DNA from: Eledone cirrhosa | Lineage: Eukaryota | Assembly: GCA_964016885.1 (NCBI GenBank) | Contig: OZ024742.1 | Span: 194,618,001 to 194,682,000, forward strand | DNA: 64,000 bases | Direction of reading: 5' to 3' | Shown here: in pieces, positions 14,552 to 27,875 of the stretch | How positions within the stretch are numbered: position 1 is the first letter of the stretch | How the letters are laid out: every line of letters starts with the position of its first letter | Made by a program: the position numbers and the translations under genes | The notes under the pieces: model-generated | The model's database searches: none | What the model saw: only the letters and a program-made list of their open reading frames with translations | What the model was told of the DNA's origin: nothing

Positions 14552-14815
14552 CATGCATATATACATACATACACATATATATACACACACATACACACTT
14601 ACATATACATATAATTATTGGGGGGGGGGATTAAATTTATTAGTGAGAAATAATAAATGTATATAGTTTTCAAGGAACATAGAGTCACAACCTGAAGTTA
14701 AAGCATTATATATGTTTACTTAATGGTATCAGTTTTAGGAAATGATATTTGTAAGAAGGAAAGCAAAATTATGTAGTTCATCAGTAGTAGAATATTAATT
14801 ATAGGTTAACTAAAT
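13577..14815 (-). repeat. 3' pseudo-LTR
   Basis: Direct repeat of 17581-18775 with scattered substitutions and a different internal microsatellite length. Confidence 0.9.
13632..13773 (-). ncRNA. Type I hammerhead ribozyme with long stem II (3' pLTR)
   Basis: Minus: CATTATTT-CTGAAGA-[~105 nt incl. ATATATATGTGT/ACACATATATAT and GGTATGTATATTC/GAATATGCATACT helices]-GAAA-CGATCG-TA-AAATGATG. Confidence 0.8.
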
Positions 14816-14851
14816 TAAAAATAGTTTATATATTAATTTCTAAAGTGTATA

Positions 14852-17326
14852 TTAATTTGGTTTATAATATTTAAAGGTTTTTCTCAGTTTATGATTACAC
14901 GATATTATTAATTCCTGTCGCTTATTTAATAGGATATCCTTAGATTTCATTATTTCAAAAAGTTCTTGGGAACATAATCTACATTCATATCTACTATTTT
15001 GATAAGGGGTGGCCCTTTTGAGCACACTCCAGGTCAGGTCATAATCTATATTCCTCTTTCTATAACTATTAATTATTTCAGCTAGAGATGTTGTATTAGC
15101 TATTGCGGCATTTTTAAAACTATGTTTGTGGGTATTAAATCTTACCTTAAATGTGTTAGAGGCAGCTCCTATATATGAATAAATTGAGTCCTTAGTGTTA
15201 ACTTTACATTTATATACTATGTTATTAACAAGGCAATTTCCTTTTAATGGACAGTTTGCCTTGTTTCTACAGTTACAACTTTTCGTGAATCCTGTATCTG
15301 AGGAGATATTATGGTTAGTTTGATGTACTGGTGGTATACTCATGGTTTGTTTACATTTATATGCATTATAGGAACTTATATTTTGTTTTATGTTTTTGGT
15401 TGTTGAGTAGGAGAATTTAACCGTTGATCTATTTAAGATTTGATGGTATTTATGGTTTGGCGTGAAGTTTTTCTCTAGGATATTAAAGAATTTTTTAGGT
15501 ATATTATCCTTAATTTGTAAATTAAATGGAGCATTATACCAAGTAACTCGTCTATTACGGTTTCGATGTTGTTTATTGTTTTTATAGGATGCATCTTGAT
15601 GTTTATTAAGAGAATTATTGTTAATGACCTCACCACACACATTTTTAGTTAGATTTATTGATTTAGGTGTTTTAGCTTGTTTATTAGGAGTTTTATTATT
15701 AACATTTATTAGAGTTGTAGGATGAGTAGTTTTTTTAGAGTTACTATACGGTATATTAGAAGAGTTAGAGAAATTTGGTTTTATGTTGGTTTTTTGGGGT
15801 ATAGTGTGATTGGCATTTAGGTGTGTATTTTTCATTTGGTGTTTGTTGGTAATATTAGGTTGTATGTTTGTAGTGTTATTGGTAGAAGGTATATATACTA
15901 ATCTATTTTTGTAGCCACTTCTAGCTAGAGCTTCGTTATGAAAGGTCGCATTTTTATCAAATACATCTTGGTTAGACGAAAGGTTAGAAATTCTAAGTGA
16001 TATATTATATGCAAGGTTTTTAAGGATAGATTTAGGGTGATTAGATTGTGAGTGTATGTAGTGTAAATTTTGGTTGGGTTTATGGTAAGGTTGGTAGATA
16101 CACGTAGATAAGTCTAATGTTATATCTAGGAAATTAACTACTTTACTTGTGTTTTCAAATGTAATATCTAGACTATAATAGTCTTTAAAGAAAGTTCTAA
16201 TAAGCTTTTTATTTTTTTCTATCTCTGAGATGCTAAGGTTATTGGAAAGAAGAAGACAGTCGTCACGATATAAACCACCTTTAAGGTGGGGAAAGGAAGC
16301 ATTTATGTTAAAAAGAAGAAAGAGGCCCACAAGATCAGTAATTTGGGCAGAATCGCTTGAGCCCATAGTAATATCGAATAGATTACTATATGTGTTTCTG
16401 GTCCAGTATTCATTCTGAAATTCCAATAGTGTTAGTCTAGCATGTGTAACAATATTAATGTCATCCAAAGTTAAGTTAGATCTATTTTTAGCAAATATCA
16501 AGGCTTTGTTCAGGAGTAAAGGTGATATAGAAGAAGAATAATTATCTATATCAAATTGTAGAAATGAAGCAGAGGATTTATTTCTAATATTATTAAACCG
16601 GTTAATTACCTGGGATGTGTTTTCCCAGAGTGGTAAATTAACATGTTTTCTTAATTGTGGGATGACTCTATCTAAAAATTTTTTACTAATTATTCCAATA
16701 TCATATTTGGAAGGGCATATAAGCCTTATAGAAGGATTAGAGTTAAAGTTAGATTTATGATCTTTCAGGTTGAAGTGTGGTCTTTTCAATGCCAAAGGTT
16801 CAGTTCTATCTTCAATATTAAGTCTATTCACTATGCTGTGTGTTTTGTTGTTGATGTTGGTAAGTGACGCATTGTTTGTTTTTCTATAATTTTTCCTGAG
16901 TTCTTTATATATGAACTCATTGTAATTTTCAATATCCATGTGATATAGATTTCCAGTTTTGTCCGAATGGACATGGATTTTTTTAGATTTTTTTAGGTCC
17001 AATAGGGTAGAATCAAGGTCCTTTTGAAAATTAGATTTATACCTCTTAAATTTGAGGTGTTTGATTAAATTAAAAAGGTCTTTCTCAAAGTTTTCAAGTA
17101 AGGAGTTGTGTGGTGGATTTTTATCTGTAGTGAAATCATACAAATATTTCCTATCAGTACATTTTGTTTTTTTATCGAAGTGGTAGGCCCTCCATCTGAC
17201 TCTTCTGATAAATTGGTTGGTTTTTTGTATCATAAGAAGTAAGAAATCATCCTTAGAAGGTAATGGTATATTCTTTAAAGAAGTTTCCAAGTATTGTTTT
17301 TCGATTGTGATATGGATAATGGACAA
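14852..17326 (-). CDS. PLE polyprotein: reverse transcriptase + CxC linker + C-terminal GIY-YIG endonuclease (824 codons, uninterrupted)
   Basis: SDKTGNLY, FLQFDIDNY, FDITMGSSDSAQITDLVG, GLYRDD, VNFLDITLDL, YIHSQSNHP; CNCRNKANCPLKGNCL; IVYKC...YIGAASNTFKVRFNTHKHSF; CRLC...E...LLNKRQEL; annotated start is TTG. Confidence 0.93.
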   Translation of the reverse strand: MSIIHITIEKQYLETSLKNIPLPSKDDFLLLMIQKTNQFIRRVRWRAYHFDKKTKCTDRKYLYDFTTDKNPPHNSLLENFEKDLFNLIKHLKFKRYKSNFQKDLDSTLLDLKKSKKIHVHSDKTGNLYHMDIENYNEFIYKELRKNYRKTNNASLTNINNKTHSIVNRLNIEDRTEPLALKRPHFNLKDHKSNFNSNPSIRLICPSKYDIGIISKKFLDRVIPQLRKHVNLPLWENTSQVINRFNNIRNKSSASFLQFDIDNYSSSISPLLLNKALIFAKNRSNLTLDDINIVTHARLTLLEFQNEYWTRNTYSNLFDITMGSSDSAQITDLVGLFLLFNINASFPHLKGGLYRDDCLLLSNNLSISEIEKNKKLIRTFFKDYYSLDITFENTSKVVNFLDITLDLSTCIYQPYHKPNQNLHYIHSQSNHPKSILKNLAYNISLRISNLSSNQDVFDKNATFHNEALARSGYKNRLVYIPSTNNTTNIQPNITNKHQMKNTHLNANHTIPQKTNIKPNFSNSSNIPYSNSKKTTHPTTLINVNNKTPNKQAKTPKSINLTKNVCGEVINNNSLNKHQDASYKNNKQHRNRNRRVTWYNAPFNLQIKDNIPKKFFNILEKNFTPNHKYHQILNRSTVKFSYSTTKNIKQNISSYNAYKCKQTMSIPPVHQTNHNISSDTGFTKSCNCRNKANCPLKGNCLVNNIVYKCKVNTKDSIYSYIGAASNTFKVRFNTHKHSFKNAAIANTTSLAEIINSYRKRNIDYDLTWSVLKRATPYQNSRYECRLCSQELFEIMKSKDILLNKRQELIISCNHKLRKTFKYYKPN

Positions 17327-17580
17327 GAAAAAGAGCTCAACTATTTATATATGGAGTTATAAAGTTATACATGTATATATATATAAATATATATACACAT
17401 ACAATATAAAAATAAGAATATCCCCATGAAAATAGGAGCAAAGTATGTAGATAAATCTACCAAAAGTTTACGGTAGTGTCCAATCCGTATGAAGAACTCA
17501 ATGTAATCCGGATATCATGAAAAGAGAAGATGCATTCAAAAACTACTTTCGGTGAAAAATAAACGGAAAACAGAGTCAAG

Positions 17581-18479
17581 ATAAATTAATAAAATAATGA
17601 ATAAACAAAGAAATAGTTCCTTATATTAAAAAATTCATCATTTTACGATCGTTTCTAGGATATATATGTGTGTTAGAGTTGGTATGCATATTCTATAGAT
17701 CTAGGTACAATATTTATACAAACTATCAGAGGGAATATACATACCTACACATATATATGCTGTCTTCAGAAATAATGATATTTGTTTATTGAAAAAAACA
17801 AAGATTCAATACAATAGGTCTGTTTGGGAACAGGTTTTGAATTGACCAATAGAGAGATAGTGAGGGTCAAGATAGTAATATAGTAGTAGAAGAACCTTAA
17901 ATTATGGGTAGAGGAAGGTAGATTTCAGTTTTGGATGGAAAAGAATATTATGAATGAAGGATTATTTTAGGGAAGAAATAGGTCTTATGCTGACCTCAGA
18001 AATAATTTTATTTTTTCATTGAATAAAACCAACCAAGATCTAATATATTCTGTCTGTTTGGTAAGAGGTTTAGAATTAACCAATAGAAAGTTAATAATTG
18101 GCCAAATGGTAAAATAGTAGTAATTGAAGCTTATTTTAGGGGTGAAAATAGGTCAGATGGTCAGTAAAAGGTATACAAGCAGTTGCTGTTATAAAATAGT
18201 AATTCCAATACAAATATCTAAGGTGACTAAAGTTTTAAGATAAGAATGTTAGTGCAAAAAATACATCTATGAAAAGAATATAAATTAATTTAATTGATGG
18301 GTATATTTATATTGATAAAATTATACTAATACATATAGATATGATAAATAAGAGTTAGATGCAGTTGAAAAGGGCTGTTAAAGATGAGGGGAAATTAAAA
18401 GAATATAAAAATAATATATATATATATACTTATATATATATATACACATATATACACATACACACACACATATACACAC

Positions 18480-18516
<37 letters not shown>

Positions 18517-18775
18517 CATACATGCATATATACATACATACACATATATATACACACACATACACACTTACATATACATATAATTATTGTGGGGAGGATT
18601 AAATTTATTAGTGAGAAATAATAAATGTATATACTTTTCAAGGAACATAGAGTCATTACCTGGAGTTAAAGCATTATATATGTTTACTTAATGGTATCAG
18701 CTTTAGGAAATGATATTTGTAAGAAGGAAAGCAAAATTATGTAGTTCATCAGTAGTAGAATATTAATTATAGGTA
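17581..18775 (-). repeat. 5' pseudo-LTR
   Basis: Direct repeat of 13577-14815. Confidence 0.9.
17636..17777 (-). ncRNA. Type I hammerhead ribozyme with long stem II (5' pLTR)
   Basis: Same motif as 13632-13773, core intact. Confidence 0.8.
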
Positions 18776-18918
18776 AGTAGTTTTTGAATGCATCTTCTCT
18801 TTTCATGATATCCGGATTACAGTTTTTGAATGCATCTTCTCTTTTCATGATATCCGGATTACATTCAGTTCTTCATACGGATTGGACAATACCGTATACT
18901 TTTGGTAGATTTATCTAC

Positions 18919-18966
<48 letters not shown>

Positions 18967-19119
18967 CTCTCTGTTTTTCTTTACATACATTTCTTCTTTT
19001 TCTACGTCTTTCTTTTTAACTGTGCTTAACACTAAATATTTATAAGCATCTCACTACCAAACCAGCTCCTACATAACGGTTGCTCAATATTTATGGTACG
19101 TCAAAATTATTTATAAAAC

Positions 19120-19213
19120 TGTTTATATATTGTATTTTATCTGAAGAAGGCATGCCATATTTTTAATATGGTATCCCGAAATATGTATAATGAAATAAAT
19201 ATGGTTTTATAAA
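19120..19213 (+). ncRNA. Type I hammerhead ribozyme in a ~360-bp unit between (TA)n tracts
   Basis: TATTTTAT-CTGAAGA-AGGC-ATGCCATAT-TTTTA-ATATGGTAT-CCC-GAAA-TATGTA-TA-ATGAAATA; outer stem TTTATAAAAC/GTTTTATAAA. Confidence 0.75.
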
Positions 19214-19329
19214 TATAGTTTCCATTTGTTTAATATCGTATATCTACTCCAAAACGTGTCGAGTGCTTTATATCAGTTATAAAATATTTACTTGTTGTAA
19301 CCCAACAATTTTAAATAAAACTTTTGCAT

Positions 19330-19458
<129 letters not shown>

Positions 19459-19790
19459 AAAAGACGACACAAAATACTGAACTTTCAATTGGTACCCCGG
19501 CAGATTCTTAGCATTTACTGTTTAGGTTTATTCTAACGGAACTCATGCATATTGATATGCTGTCGATTTGCGAAACAAATTTTATTTCCAAATATACCAA
19601 GATAAGCATATGTCCATTTTGATAGAATTTCTAACTAGCATCTATACAATTTCAGAATGTAACTCATCTGTGCTTTTTTTTATTAATTCAGTATATTATC
19701 CCCTTCAAGAAGAAAAACAATCTAAAAGAACACAGTTCTGAATAAAATGTGCGTGAGTGTACGTATTCTTGTATATATATATATATATGC

Positions 19791-19908
<118 letters not shown>

Positions 19909-20109
19909 ATACGCACATACATACTTGTTTGTGCATACATCTATATGTGAGTTTATGTGTGTACGTGCGGGTGAAAGAGGATGTATGCGTGTCTGAATAC
20001 ATATGTTTGTGTATCTGTGTTGCGAGAAGAGTAGAGTTTGAGTTTTTCCTGTAATTGATATTTGGGATGGTTCATTTTTCATAATAATTTCTTTCGTGTG
20101 AAGATATTA

Positions 20110-20540
20110 AAGTGGACAACAATATTCAAGGTACAACCTGGCACATTTAGAGAAGAGAAGGATAATGGTGTGAATACTTCTAGACCGAAATGTTCCACGT
20201 ACCCAGCAACATGTCTTATGGGCCATCTCAACTGTGTTGTTTATGTGGATACTCAAAGGTCCCAGGTAATGTTGGATGCCACGTAGATTTCACATGAGTT
20301 TTGGGAGTGTTGTAGCTTAAGTGCATTCACTTTTCCAAAGTGGATTACCTCACATTTATCCACGTTTAGTAGCATATTGTTTTCTTTTCTTCGTCCTTTG
20401 GATAACAACAGGCTGATCAGATTATCGGCTTGTCCGGTCTCCCATTAGGTTGATGATCTTCTGGAGATAGTAATTATCTGCAAAGACTCTTCTTATTTTA
20501 CTGTGTTGAAGACGTCAATATTGTCATTGATGTGAAGTGA
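20110..20540 (-). mobile_element. Highly decayed CR1/L2-group LINE RT fragment
   Basis: Manual minus-strand translation gives NMLLNVDKCEVIHFGK and LEYCCPL. Confidence 0.65.
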
Positions 20541-21079
20541 CTCCACGTTTAGAAAACAAGATTAAGTGCAGAATCCAGTGAAATTATTTTTAATCCAGAA
20601 GGAAAAAAATCAACAAAACAATTCAAGCAACTACAATAATATGCACATCAAACAATCCATTCGACTGCTATTGCAATGCTCTAATCAAATAAACATGATC
20701 TTCAAAATTGCATGATCACTATCATCAATATCTACTTGTGATGATGATCATCATACAGTTTTATAGGTAATGTGCGTTTGTTAGTTTATGTTTTATTCAA
20801 GTAGTGCAATAGCAGTCGAAAGGGTAGTAGTGTTGCTTGCACTAATTTAAATTGGTTAATTTCTTTTCTTAATGCTTCATGTTTTACTAATAATAGTGTT
20901 TCTATTTCTATGGACTTTGCACTGATTGTTCACATATATTGATAGGATATATTTTGCATATAGATTTGTAACAGTGTCTACATACATTTCCAAAGATGTT
21001 TTGATGTTGGTGAAAAGTGTTTGTGGGAAAGACCAATCTACGTGTGATATATGATATGTAAATGCCTCCGAATTTGCAG

Positions 21080-22260
<1,181 letters not shown>

Positions 22261-22647
22261 GAGTTGCGACCGATAGATAGTATAATCAATTGGAAAGACC
22301 AATGGAAACATTGTTACCTCGGTCCGATTCGAGGAAATTCGATCGACTCTCGATATATATATATAATTATTGAGTTCAGTTACGCCGCCGCCACTGGGTG
22401 AACAAGTTGGTCCTCAGGGCTAACAAAACTTACTTGCCTGGTATGGTTACATTGTAGTAACTGGTGTTAATAATTATATTTAAATTCACCCGAGAGACTT
22501 TAGTGGTTCTATACTTTTACCTACCTATTAATTTTACCTATTTTTACATATTACAACACACACACACACACACACACACAAACACGCACAAACACACACA
22601 CTCACACACACGCGCTCTCTCTCTCTCTATGTATATATATATATATG

Positions 22648-22727
<80 letters not shown>

Positions 22728-22728
<1 letters not shown>

Positions 22729-22945
22729 AAGGCGGGTAAAATTCCCGAGATCCATGGACGAGTTCTCTCCAGCGGTCTCTGTCCCTCATTATCGCTGCCA
22801 TATCCTGCATCTCCAACAGACCAGTGTCTGTCCTTAGGGCATCAACATATGTTAACCTTGGTCTTCCTCTTCTAGTGTGTCCATGTAGGGGCTCCCAAAG
22901 GAGCACTGAGTGCAATGTCAACTCTGGATGTCGGTGAGCATGTCC
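22728..22945 (-). mobile_element. RTE-clade LINE 3' end
   Basis: LLWEPLHGHTRRGRPRLTYVDAL...[11 protein letters not shown], typical RTE C-terminus. Confidence 0.75.
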
Positions 22946-22952
22946 ATGTATG

Positions 22953-23021
<69 letters not shown>

Positions 23022-23026
<5 letters not shown>

Positions 23027-25801
23027 AGTATAGACATAGAATATTCGAAAATATTCTGTATGTTTATAATAAACATTTTGAAGACCTAATCGCTATAGAA
23101 TAGAATACGTCACGTATTACAATTAGATTCTCGATAAAAGCAAGGGAAGTAATCTACGCGTTTCATTCTTGTTAGAATTCATCAGGACTACATATCCAGT
23201 GCTTTTATCGAGAATGACACAGCTAGAGACTTATAGAATACTTAGCTGTGTACTGGAACTGGTTTGAAAGAGCGGTTGCCGGTCCGGCAGAAATTAGAAA
23301 TTGGAATAAATGCTCTGAAATAGCGATATATATGTGAGTATAGACATAGAATATTCGAAAATATTCTGTATGTTTATAATAAACATTTTGAAGACCTAAT
23401 CGCTATAGAATAGAATACGTCACGTATTACAATTAGATTCTCGATAAAAGCAAGGGAAGTAATCTACGCGTTTCATTCTTGTTAGAATTCATCAGGACTA
23501 CATATCCAGTGCTTTTATCGAGAATGACACAGCTAGAGACTTATAGAATACTTAGCTGTGTACTGGAACTGGTTTGAAAGAGCGGTTGCCGGTCCGGCAG
23601 AAATTAGAAATTGGAATAAATGCTCTGAAATAGCGATATATATGTGAGTATAGACATAGAATATTCGAAAATATTCTGTATGTTTATAATAAACATTTTG
23701 AAGACCTAATCGCTATAGAATAGAATACGTCACGTATTACAATTAGATTCTCGATAAAAGCAAGGGAAGTAATCTACGCGTTTCATTCTTGTTAGAATTC
23801 ATCAGGACTACATATCCAGTGCTTTTATCGAGAATGACACAGCTAGAGACTTATAGAATACTTAGCTGTGTACTGGAACTGGTTTGAAAGAGCGGTTGCC
23901 GGTCCGGCAGAAATTAGAAATTGGAATAAATGCTCTGAAATAGCGATATATATGTGAGTATAGACATAGAATATTCGAAAATATTCTGTATGTTTATAAT
24001 AAACATTTTGAAGACCTAATCGCTATAGAATAGAATACGTCACGTATTACAATTAGATTCTCGATAAAAGCAAGGGAAGTAATCTACGCGTTTCATTCTT
24101 GTTAGAATTCATCAGGACTACATATCCAGTGCTTTTATCGAGAATGACACAGCTAGAGACTTATAGAATACTTAGCTGTGTACTGGAACTGGTTTGAAAG
24201 AGCGGTTGCCGGTCCGGCAGAAATTAGAAATTGGAATAAATGCTCTGAAATAGCGATATATATGTGAGTATAGACATAGAATATTCGAAAATATTCTGTA
24301 TGTTTATAATAAACATTTTGAAGACCTAATCGCTATAGAATAGAATACGTCACGTATTACAATTAGATTCTCGATAAAAGCAAGGGAAGTAATCTACGCG
24401 TTTCATTCTTGTTAGAATTCATCAGGACTACATATCCAGTGCTTTTATCGAGAATGACACAGCTAGAGACTTATAGAATACTTAGCTGTGTACTGGAACT
24501 GGTTTGAAAGAGCGGTTGCCGGTCCGGCAGAAATTAGAAATTGGAATAAATGCTCTGAAATAGCGATATATATGTGAGTATAGACCGGCAACCGCTCTTT
24601 CAAACCAGTTCCAGTACACAGCTAAGTATTCTATAAGTCTCTAGCTGTGTCATTCTCGATAAAAGCACTGGATATGTAGTCCTGATGAATTCTAACAAGA
24701 ATGAAACGCGTAGATTACTTCCCTTGCTTTTATCGAGAATCTAATTGTAATACGTGACGTATTCTATTCTATAGCGATTAGGTCTTCAAAATGTTTATTA
24801 TAAACATACAGAATATTTTCGAATATTCTATGTCTATACTCACATATATATCGCTATTTCAGAGCATTTATTCCAATTTCTAATTTCTGCCGGACCGGCA
24901 ACCGCTCTTTCAAACCAGTTCCAGTACACAGCTAAGTATTCTATAAGTCTCTAGCTGTGTCATTCTCGATAAAAGCACTGGATATGTAGTCCTGATGAAT
25001 TCTAACAAGAATGAAACGCGTAGATTACTTCCCTTGCTTTTATCGAGAATCTAATTGTAATACGTGACGTATTCTATTCTATAGCGATTAGGTCTTCAAA
25101 ATGTTTATTATAAACATACAGAATATTTTCGAATATTCTATGTCTATACTCACATATATATCGCTATTTCAGAGCATTTATTCCAATTTCTAATTTCTGC
25201 CGGACCGGCAACCGCTCTTTCAAACCAGTTCCAGTACACAGCTAAGTATTCTATAAGTCTCTAGCTGTGTCATTCTCGATAAAAGCACTGGATATGTAGT
25301 CCTGATGAATTCTAACAAGAATGAAACGCGTAGATTACTTCCCTTGCTTTTATCGAGAATCTAATTGTAATACGTGACGTATTCTATTCTATAGCGATTA
25401 GGTCTTCAAAATGTTTATTATAAACATACAGAATATTTTCGAATATTCTATGTCTATACTCACATATATATCGCTATTTCAGAGCATTTATTCCAATTTC
25501 TAATTTCTGCCGGACCGGCAACCGCTCTTTCAAACCAGTTCCAGTACACAGCTAAGTATTCTATAAGTCTCTAGCTGTGTCATTCTCGATAAAAGCACTG
25601 GATATGTAGTCCTGATGAATTCTAACAAGAATGAAACGCGTAGATTACTTCCCTTGCTTTTATCGAGAATCTAATTGTAATACGTGACGTATTCTATTCT
25701 ATAGCGATTAGGTCTTCAAAATGTTTATTATAAACATACAGAATATTTTCGAATATTCTATGTCTATACTCACATATATATCGCTATTTCAGAGCATTTA
25801 T

Positions 25802-25806
<5 letters not shown>
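23022..25806. mobile_element. Retrozyme-like array 2: 310-bp HHR monomer, 5 minus copies head-to-head with ~4 plus copies
   Basis: Exact 310-bp period; inversion at ~24584; HHRs at 23149, 23459, 23769, 24079, 24389 (-) and 24676, 24986, 25296, 25606 (+), each 43 nt: GTAGTC-CTGATGA-ATTCT-AACA-AGAAT-GAAA-CGCG-TA-GATTAC. Confidence 0.92.
24676..24718 (+). ncRNA. Minimal type I hammerhead ribozyme (representative copy of array 2)
   Basis: Complete CUGAUGA/GAAA/UH core, 5-bp stem II, palindromic ACGCGT stem III, 6-bp stem I closed by the 16-bp outer helix ATTCTCGATAAAAGCA/TGCTTTTATCGAGAAT. Confidence 0.9.
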
Positions 25807-25866
<60 letters not shown>

Positions 25867-25873
<7 letters not shown>

Positions 25874-27486
25874 ATATAAAATCAAAAGATGGTTAAATGA
25901 GTTCTATGTATTTTATTATGCGCATTTCAAAAACAAATATCACCATGGGATGATATTTGCGTTCATCAAATAAAATAGGGAGACGTGATATGAAGCTTAA
26001 AAAACACTTGCGAGCAGTGAAGTGTTAAATCAACATATGAAAAATAAAATAAGAGGGATATATAAGATTGGAAAAAAGGAAAGGAAGGGGGAAGGAAAAG
26101 GTAAGGAAGAGGAAGAAAAAATATAGAAAGAAGAAAAAAATATATAATAATAAGGAAAGGATGGCGGAGGAGGAGTATAAGAAGGAAGGATGAGAGAGGA
26201 GGAGAAAATGAGTGAGAGAGAGAGAGATAACCTTTAATACTGAGAAACACTGTCTCACAGAGAAAAGTAAAAAAATAAACGTTGTAAGATAATACATAAT
26301 TTTAAAAAATTAAGAAATTAAAAGTTAATAAGGTTTATGAATGGTGATGCTTATGTTTAAAGAAAGAGGAATTAAGAATACTATTTATTTAAGGTTTATA
26401 TATTGAAGGGTTTAATAAGATGTGCGAAAACGAGTTTATTAAAATGTATTATTAACATAAAATATATTAAGAAGATAAGGTGAATGAAGATAAGGTTAAA
26501 TGAATTATGAACTTAGAGGAATTAATTAGGGTCCACGTTTGTTACTATATATTGTAATAGGAAAAAGTAAATAATAGATTTAATACGAGCATGGAAGGAG
26601 AGAAGAAAGAAAAAATTAAAGGAAGAAAAAATATATAACGTCAAAAAAATATGTTTACAAAATTTCTCTAATGGTAATAAAAAAAAATGTATTTTTAATA
26701 TATACTAATATTACCATTAGAGAAATTTTGTAAACATATTTTTTTGACGTTATATATTTTTTCTTCCTTGAATTTTTTCTTTCTTCTCTCACTCCTTCCA
26801 TGCTCGTATTAAATCAATTATTTACTTTTTCCTATTACAATATATAGAAACAAACTTGGACCCTAATTAATTCCTCTAAGTTCATAATTCATTTAACCTT
26901 ATCTTCATTCACCTTATCTTCTTAATATGTTTTATGTTAATAATACATTTTAATAAACTCGTTTCCGCACATCTTATTAAACCCTTCAATATATAAACCT
27001 TGAATAAATAGTATTCTTAATTCCTTTTTCTTTAAACATAAGCATCACCATTCATAAACCTCATTAACTTTTAATTTCAAAGTTTTTGTTAAATTATGTA
27101 TTATCTTACAGCGGTTTTTTTTTCTCTGTGAGACAGTGTTTCTCGGTATTAAAGGTTATCTCTCTCTCTCACTCATTTTCTCCTCCTCTCTCACCCTTCC
27201 TTCTTATACTCCTCCCCCGTCATCATTTCCTTATTATTATTTTTTTTTTCTTCTATCAATATTTTTCTTCCTCTTCCTTATCTTTTCTTTCCTTTTTTCC
27301 AATCTCATATATCCCTCTTATTTTATTTTTCATATGTCGTAAGTGTTTTTTAAGCTTTATATCATGTCTCCCTATTTTATCTGATGAGAACGCAAATATC
27401 ATACCATGATGATATTTATTTTTGAAATGCGCATAATACAATACATGTAACTCTTTTAACCATCTTTTGATTTTATATTATTTATA
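25867..27486. repeat. 1.6-kb imperfect palindrome (arms ~25867-26679 and 26709-27486) with an HHR near each outer end
   Basis: Arms are reverse complements around a ~29-bp spacer; left end abuts (TA)n. Confidence 0.9.
27373..27443 (+). ncRNA. Type I hammerhead ribozyme (mirror copy at 25909-25977, minus, has TTGATGA core)
   Basis: TATTTTAT-CTGATGA-GAACGC-AAATATCAT..ATGATATTT-ATTTTT-GAAA-TGCGCA-TA-ATACAATA. Confidence 0.75.
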
Positions 27487-27679
27487 CTCCATTCCTACAA
27501 CTGTTGAGTGCTACGTATCCAATATTTGCATTGCTTTATTGTGCTACAATAAAACTACTTGCTGCATTAATGTACTCCTATTAATAATGATTTCATACAT
27601 GTTACCTCTAGGCGGGGAAAAGACAGAGTTCGTAGACTGGGGCTAATCAACAACACATGGTTTCGTCTTTGCACATATA

Positions 27680-27790
<111 letters not shown>

Positions 27791-27844
27791 AAAGTGTGCA
27801 GTGCAAAGATTGGGAATCATATATAAATATATACTAGATTGTCA

Positions 27845-27875
<31 letters not shown>

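Larger units (their letters stand above)
13577..18920 (-). mobile_element. Near full-length Penelope-like element with two pseudo-LTRs and a short inverted 5' segment, inserted in (TA)n
   Basis: Direct repeats 13577-14815 and 17581-18775 flank the RT-EN ORF; 18775-18920 is an inverted copy of ~17446-17547; (TA)n on both sides. Confidence 0.92.

Noticed and set aside
14852-17326. Naiad/Chlamys PLE or telomerase assignment
   Set aside because: The GIY-YIG domain is C-terminal (N-terminal in Naiad/Chlamys), and telomerase has no such endonuclease
23022-25806. CRISPR array or ordinary satellite interpretation
   Set aside because: No unique spacers, eukaryotic context and no cas genes; the monomer carries an HHR and inverts mid-array
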